Part shown: positions 61,343-64,000 of the stretch, piece by piece
How positions within the stretch are numbered: the stretch's first letter is position 1
How the letters are laid out: each line of letters begins with the position of its first letter
Source: Gammaproteobacteria bacterium
GTDB lineage: Bacteria; Pseudomonadota; Gammaproteobacteria; CAJXQU01
Direction of reading: 5' to 3'
NCBI GenBank assembly: GCA_965238175.1
Contig: CBDEGZ010000003.1
Span: 2,496,001 to 2,560,000 of the forward strand
Length of the DNA: 64,000 nt
Notes under the pieces: model-generated
Databases searched by the model: none
What the model saw: only the letters and a program-made list of their open reading frames with translations
Told to the model about the DNA's origin: nothing
Program-made: the position numbers and the translations under genes

Positions 61343-61520
61343 GCTCGCGGCACCCAGATAATGGGTTAAATGGGAAGTCGGTCAAATTCCGACGCTGCCC
61401 CCGCAACGGTAGGTGAGTAAAACTGGATCTAAATGTCACTGTGTTAGCTATAAAACATGGGAAGGCGATTCAGTTAGATAATTAAATATCTCCTCACAAG
61501 CCCGGAGACCAACCATGAGC
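61343..61520 (+). promoter_or_regulatory. Cobalamin (B12) riboswitch
   Basis: AATGGGAA-GTCGGT-CAAATT-CCGAC-GCTGCCCCCGCAACGGT, CACTG...GGGAAGG and AAGCCCGGAGACC B12 box; upstream of a TonB-dependent receptor. Confidence 0.93.
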
Positions 61521-61707
61521 ATTACAAAAAAGTCGCGGTGGGCGATGATTAGTGATGCTATATTTGTTCTTTAAATTTACTTTCTTTAAGAAAGCCTTAA
61601 TAAGAATCAAATCGATCCTCTAGCTAATCTAACCATCCTCCCCACCGCTTAATAAAATCAAAACAATACTGTTCAAATTCGGGTTGGAATTTGAGTGGGA
61701 GGAATCA

Positions 61708-63651
61708 ATGAAAAACACCTATGTCTCAAGGCTATGTCTGCTCGGCACTAGCTTATTACTACCTTTATCACCAACACTCGCTGAAGAACCTCACACGCTA
61801 GATGATCTTTTGGTTACGGCCTCTCTTACTCCATTATCAAGTGAACAATCGGGTACCTCGCATACAATCATCACTGCGGAACAAATTGAGCAGCGTCAGG
61901 CGATTCATGTTTCCGATCTATTACGAGATGTTCCCGGGATTGCTGTCAGTCGTTCTGGTGGCATTGGTGCACAGACAGATATTCGAATACGTGGAGCCGA
62001 GGCAGATCAAACGCTGATTTTAATTGATGGAATTGAAGCAAACGACGCTTCCCTAGGATCAAGTTTTGACTTTGCACATCTACTGACCAATGATATTGAA
62101 CGGATAGAAATTATTCGTGGCCCGCAAAGTTCACTTTGGGGTAGCGATGCCATTGCTGGTGTGATCAATATTATTACTAAAGAAGCAAATATAGGAACTC
62201 AGCTTAGTGGTTTATTTGAATTAGGGTCTTTTACCACCGCACATAGTGCCGTCGGTATTTCTGATCGAGGGGAAAATCATCATATTGCACTGCATGGAAA
62301 TTTTATCAGAAGCGATGGTATCAATGCCTCTGAAAGTGGCGATGAAGATGACGACTACAAAAATGCGACCTTTAATTTAAAAGGTGGATTTAATCCACTT
62401 GAAAATTTTCAACTCTCTCTCGTGGTACGGCATACCTCTGCAGAGAAACAATTCGATCCAATCTCTTTTGTTACTTCTAAACCCGAAGATGGTGATCGAG
62501 AAACTGAGAATGAACAAACCTATGCATTAGCTAAAGCAACTCTTAACCTTTTTGAAGGTCGTTGGCAACACATTGTTAGTACCACGCTCACTGATACAGA
62601 TAACGAAAACTTTGCGGATAATGTTGAATCAAGCACGACGGATGGCAAGAAACTTAAATTTAGCTATCAAAGTAATGTCTTCTTCGATACCTCATTTGCC
62701 GATGCTACACACACAGTGACACTTGCGCTAGAAAGCGAAAAAGAAGAGATAACACAAACGGGAACCGCAAGTGCGTTTGGTGATCCGAATCAAGAACAAG
62801 ATTTAACCAATCACGCCTATATTCTCGAATATCGAGTCGGACTTTGGGAGCAATTATTTGCCTCAATTTCGACACGTTATGATGACAATGAAGAGTTTGA
62901 TAATGCCAACACGTTTCGTGGCACCCTTGCCTATAATATCCCAAATTCAGGCACGACTTTACGAACAGCCTACGGTACGGGTGTAAAAAATCCTACCTTT
63001 GGAGATCGTTTTGGTTTTACACCGGATACTTTTCTGGGTAATCCGGATCTTAAGCCGGAGAAATCGAAAGGTTGGGAGATAGGTATTGATCAAGCGCTTT
63101 TCAATGACAAGGTCACGTTTAGTGCAACGTTATTTAGAGAAGAACTGGAAGATGGGATCAACGGCTTCTCTTTTGATGCAACAGCGCTTAGGTTCACGGC
63201 CGTCAATATTGACGGGAAGAGCAAACGTAAAGGTCTCGAATTAGCCGTACAAACTTTCATTACTGATGATTTAACCATCAGCGGTTCATATTCGAATATA
63301 CATTCAACTGAAGCAGGACCAGATGGAAGACAAACCGAGGAAATTCGTCGTCCAGAACGTATCGCTAGTTTGAATGTTAACTATCGCTTTATGGATAACA
63401 AAGCAAATATTAATTTAGGTATCGATTACACGAGTAGACAATTGGATAGAGATTTCAGCACTTTTCCAACGCTTGTCACACTTGATAACTACACTCTGGT
63501 CAATCTTGCCGCTGAATATTCGATAAGCAAGCAAACTTCCCTATTCGGTCGAATCGAAAATTTACTTGATGAAGGTTATCAAGATATTTTTGGATACAAC
63601 ACACCGCGCATTGCTGCTTATGCAGGTATCAGAATGAATTTAGATTTATAA
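61708..63651 (+). CDS. btuB: TonB-dependent vitamin B12 receptor
   Basis: Signal peptide, plug domain (IRGA...LIDG; IERIEIIRGPQSSLWGSDAIAGVINIIT), barrel LKPEKS and RIENLLDEGY; preceded by a B12 riboswitch. Confidence 0.9.
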   Translation: MKNTYVSRLCLLGTSLLLPLSPTLAEEPHTLDDLLVTASLTPLSSEQSGTSHTIITAEQIEQRQAIHVSDLLRDVPGIAVSRSGGIGAQTDIRIRGAEADQTLILIDGIEANDASLGSSFDFAHLLTNDIERIEIIRGPQSSLWGSDAIAGVINIITKEANIGTQLSGLFELGSFTTAHSAVGISDRGENHHIALHGNFIRSDGINASESGDEDDDYKNATFNLKGGFNPLENFQLSLVVRHTSAEKQFDPISFVTSKPEDGDRETENEQTYALAKATLNLFEGRWQHIVSTTLTDTDNENFADNVESSTTDGKKLKFSYQSNVFFDTSFADATHTVTLALESEKEEITQTGTASAFGDPNQEQDLTNHAYILEYRVGLWEQLFASISTRYDDNEEFDNANTFRGTLAYNIPNSGTTLRTAYGTGVKNPTFGDRFGFTPDTFLGNPDLKPEKSKGWEIGIDQALFNDKVTFSATLFREELEDGINGFSFDATALRFTAVNIDGKSKRKGLELAVQTFITDDLTISGSYSNIHSTEAGPDGRQTEEIRRPERIASLNVNYRFMDNKANINLGIDYTSRQLDRDFSTFPTLVTLDNYTLVNLAAEYSISKQTSLFGRIENLLDEGYQDIFGYNTPRIAAYAGIRMNLDL

Positions 63652-63689
63652 GATATTTGAGTTGATAAAATAAAACATGAGTAAGGAAA

Positions 63690-64000
63690 ATGACTCCTTG
63701 CTCATGTTTAAATAAACAAATGAAACCTAAAAAAGTTCTACTGTCCTGGAGTAGCGGCAAAGACTCAGCATGGACATTACATGTTTTACAGCGTGATCCA
63801 AATATCGAAATAATTGGGCTGTTAACCACCTTCAATCAAAAATTTGATCGCGTTGCTATGCATGCGACTCGGCGAGAACTGGTTGAGGCTCAAGCAAAAG
63901 CTGCCGACTTACCATTATTTGATGTTTTGCTTCCCTGGCCATGTTCCAATGAAAATTATCAACAAGCCACCACCACAAAATTAATTGAACTTAAAGATCG
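63690..64000 (+). CDS. Adenine-nucleotide alpha-hydrolase / Dph6-like ATP pyrophosphatase (runs off window end)
   Basis: Manual translation ...MKPKKVLLSWSSGKDSAWTL...DRVAMH...LPWPCSN; PP-loop SSGKDS. Start is 63690 or 63720. Confidence 0.85.
   Translation, partial: MTPCSCLNKQMKPKKVLLSWSSGKDSAWTLHVLQRDPNIEIIGLLTTFNQKFDRVAMHATRRELVEAQAKAADLPLFDVLLPWPCSNENYQQATTTKLIELKD

Overview
This is a mostly core-chromosome window from an AT-rich gammaproteobacterium, probably marine (inferred from gene content). Housekeeping blocks are pncC-thpR-recA-recX-alaS; a DUF1674-sdhCDAB-sdhE-ygfZ operon; a six-gene TtpC/TonB2-type energizing operon; tRNA-Leu-tig-clpP-clpX-lon-hupB-tRNA-Val-tRNA-Asp-ppiD; lysC-csrA-tRNA-Ser-tRNA-Arg; tal; maeA; mazG; an Lpp/OprI lipoprotein with an L,D-transpeptidase; and a cobalamin riboswitch with btuB. 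Mobile or decayed DNA includes a ~215-bp palindromic MITE-like element, a collapsed island at tRNA-Arg (a frameshifted serine recombinase fragment and a CzcA fragment fused at a 15-bp inverted repeat), and a complete IS481 with a 7-bp target duplication. The most interesting unexplained signal is the 44.9-45.4 kb intergenic region. It appears to hold two unannotated small RNAs in tandem: a GGA-loop Rsm/Csr-type RNA, and a sigma54-promoter sRNA with an exposed anti-Shine-Dalgarno motif downstream of a FleQ-like box. Other notable items are a BON-like membrane protein with an unfamiliar ~46-50-aa HPxxxxWP repeat, a CheW with an inserted CZB domain next to a truncated haemoglobin, an archaeal-type nucleotidyltransferase, and a PdsR/S/O module lacking its sortase. 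All family assignments come from motif recognition by eye; no database searches were run.
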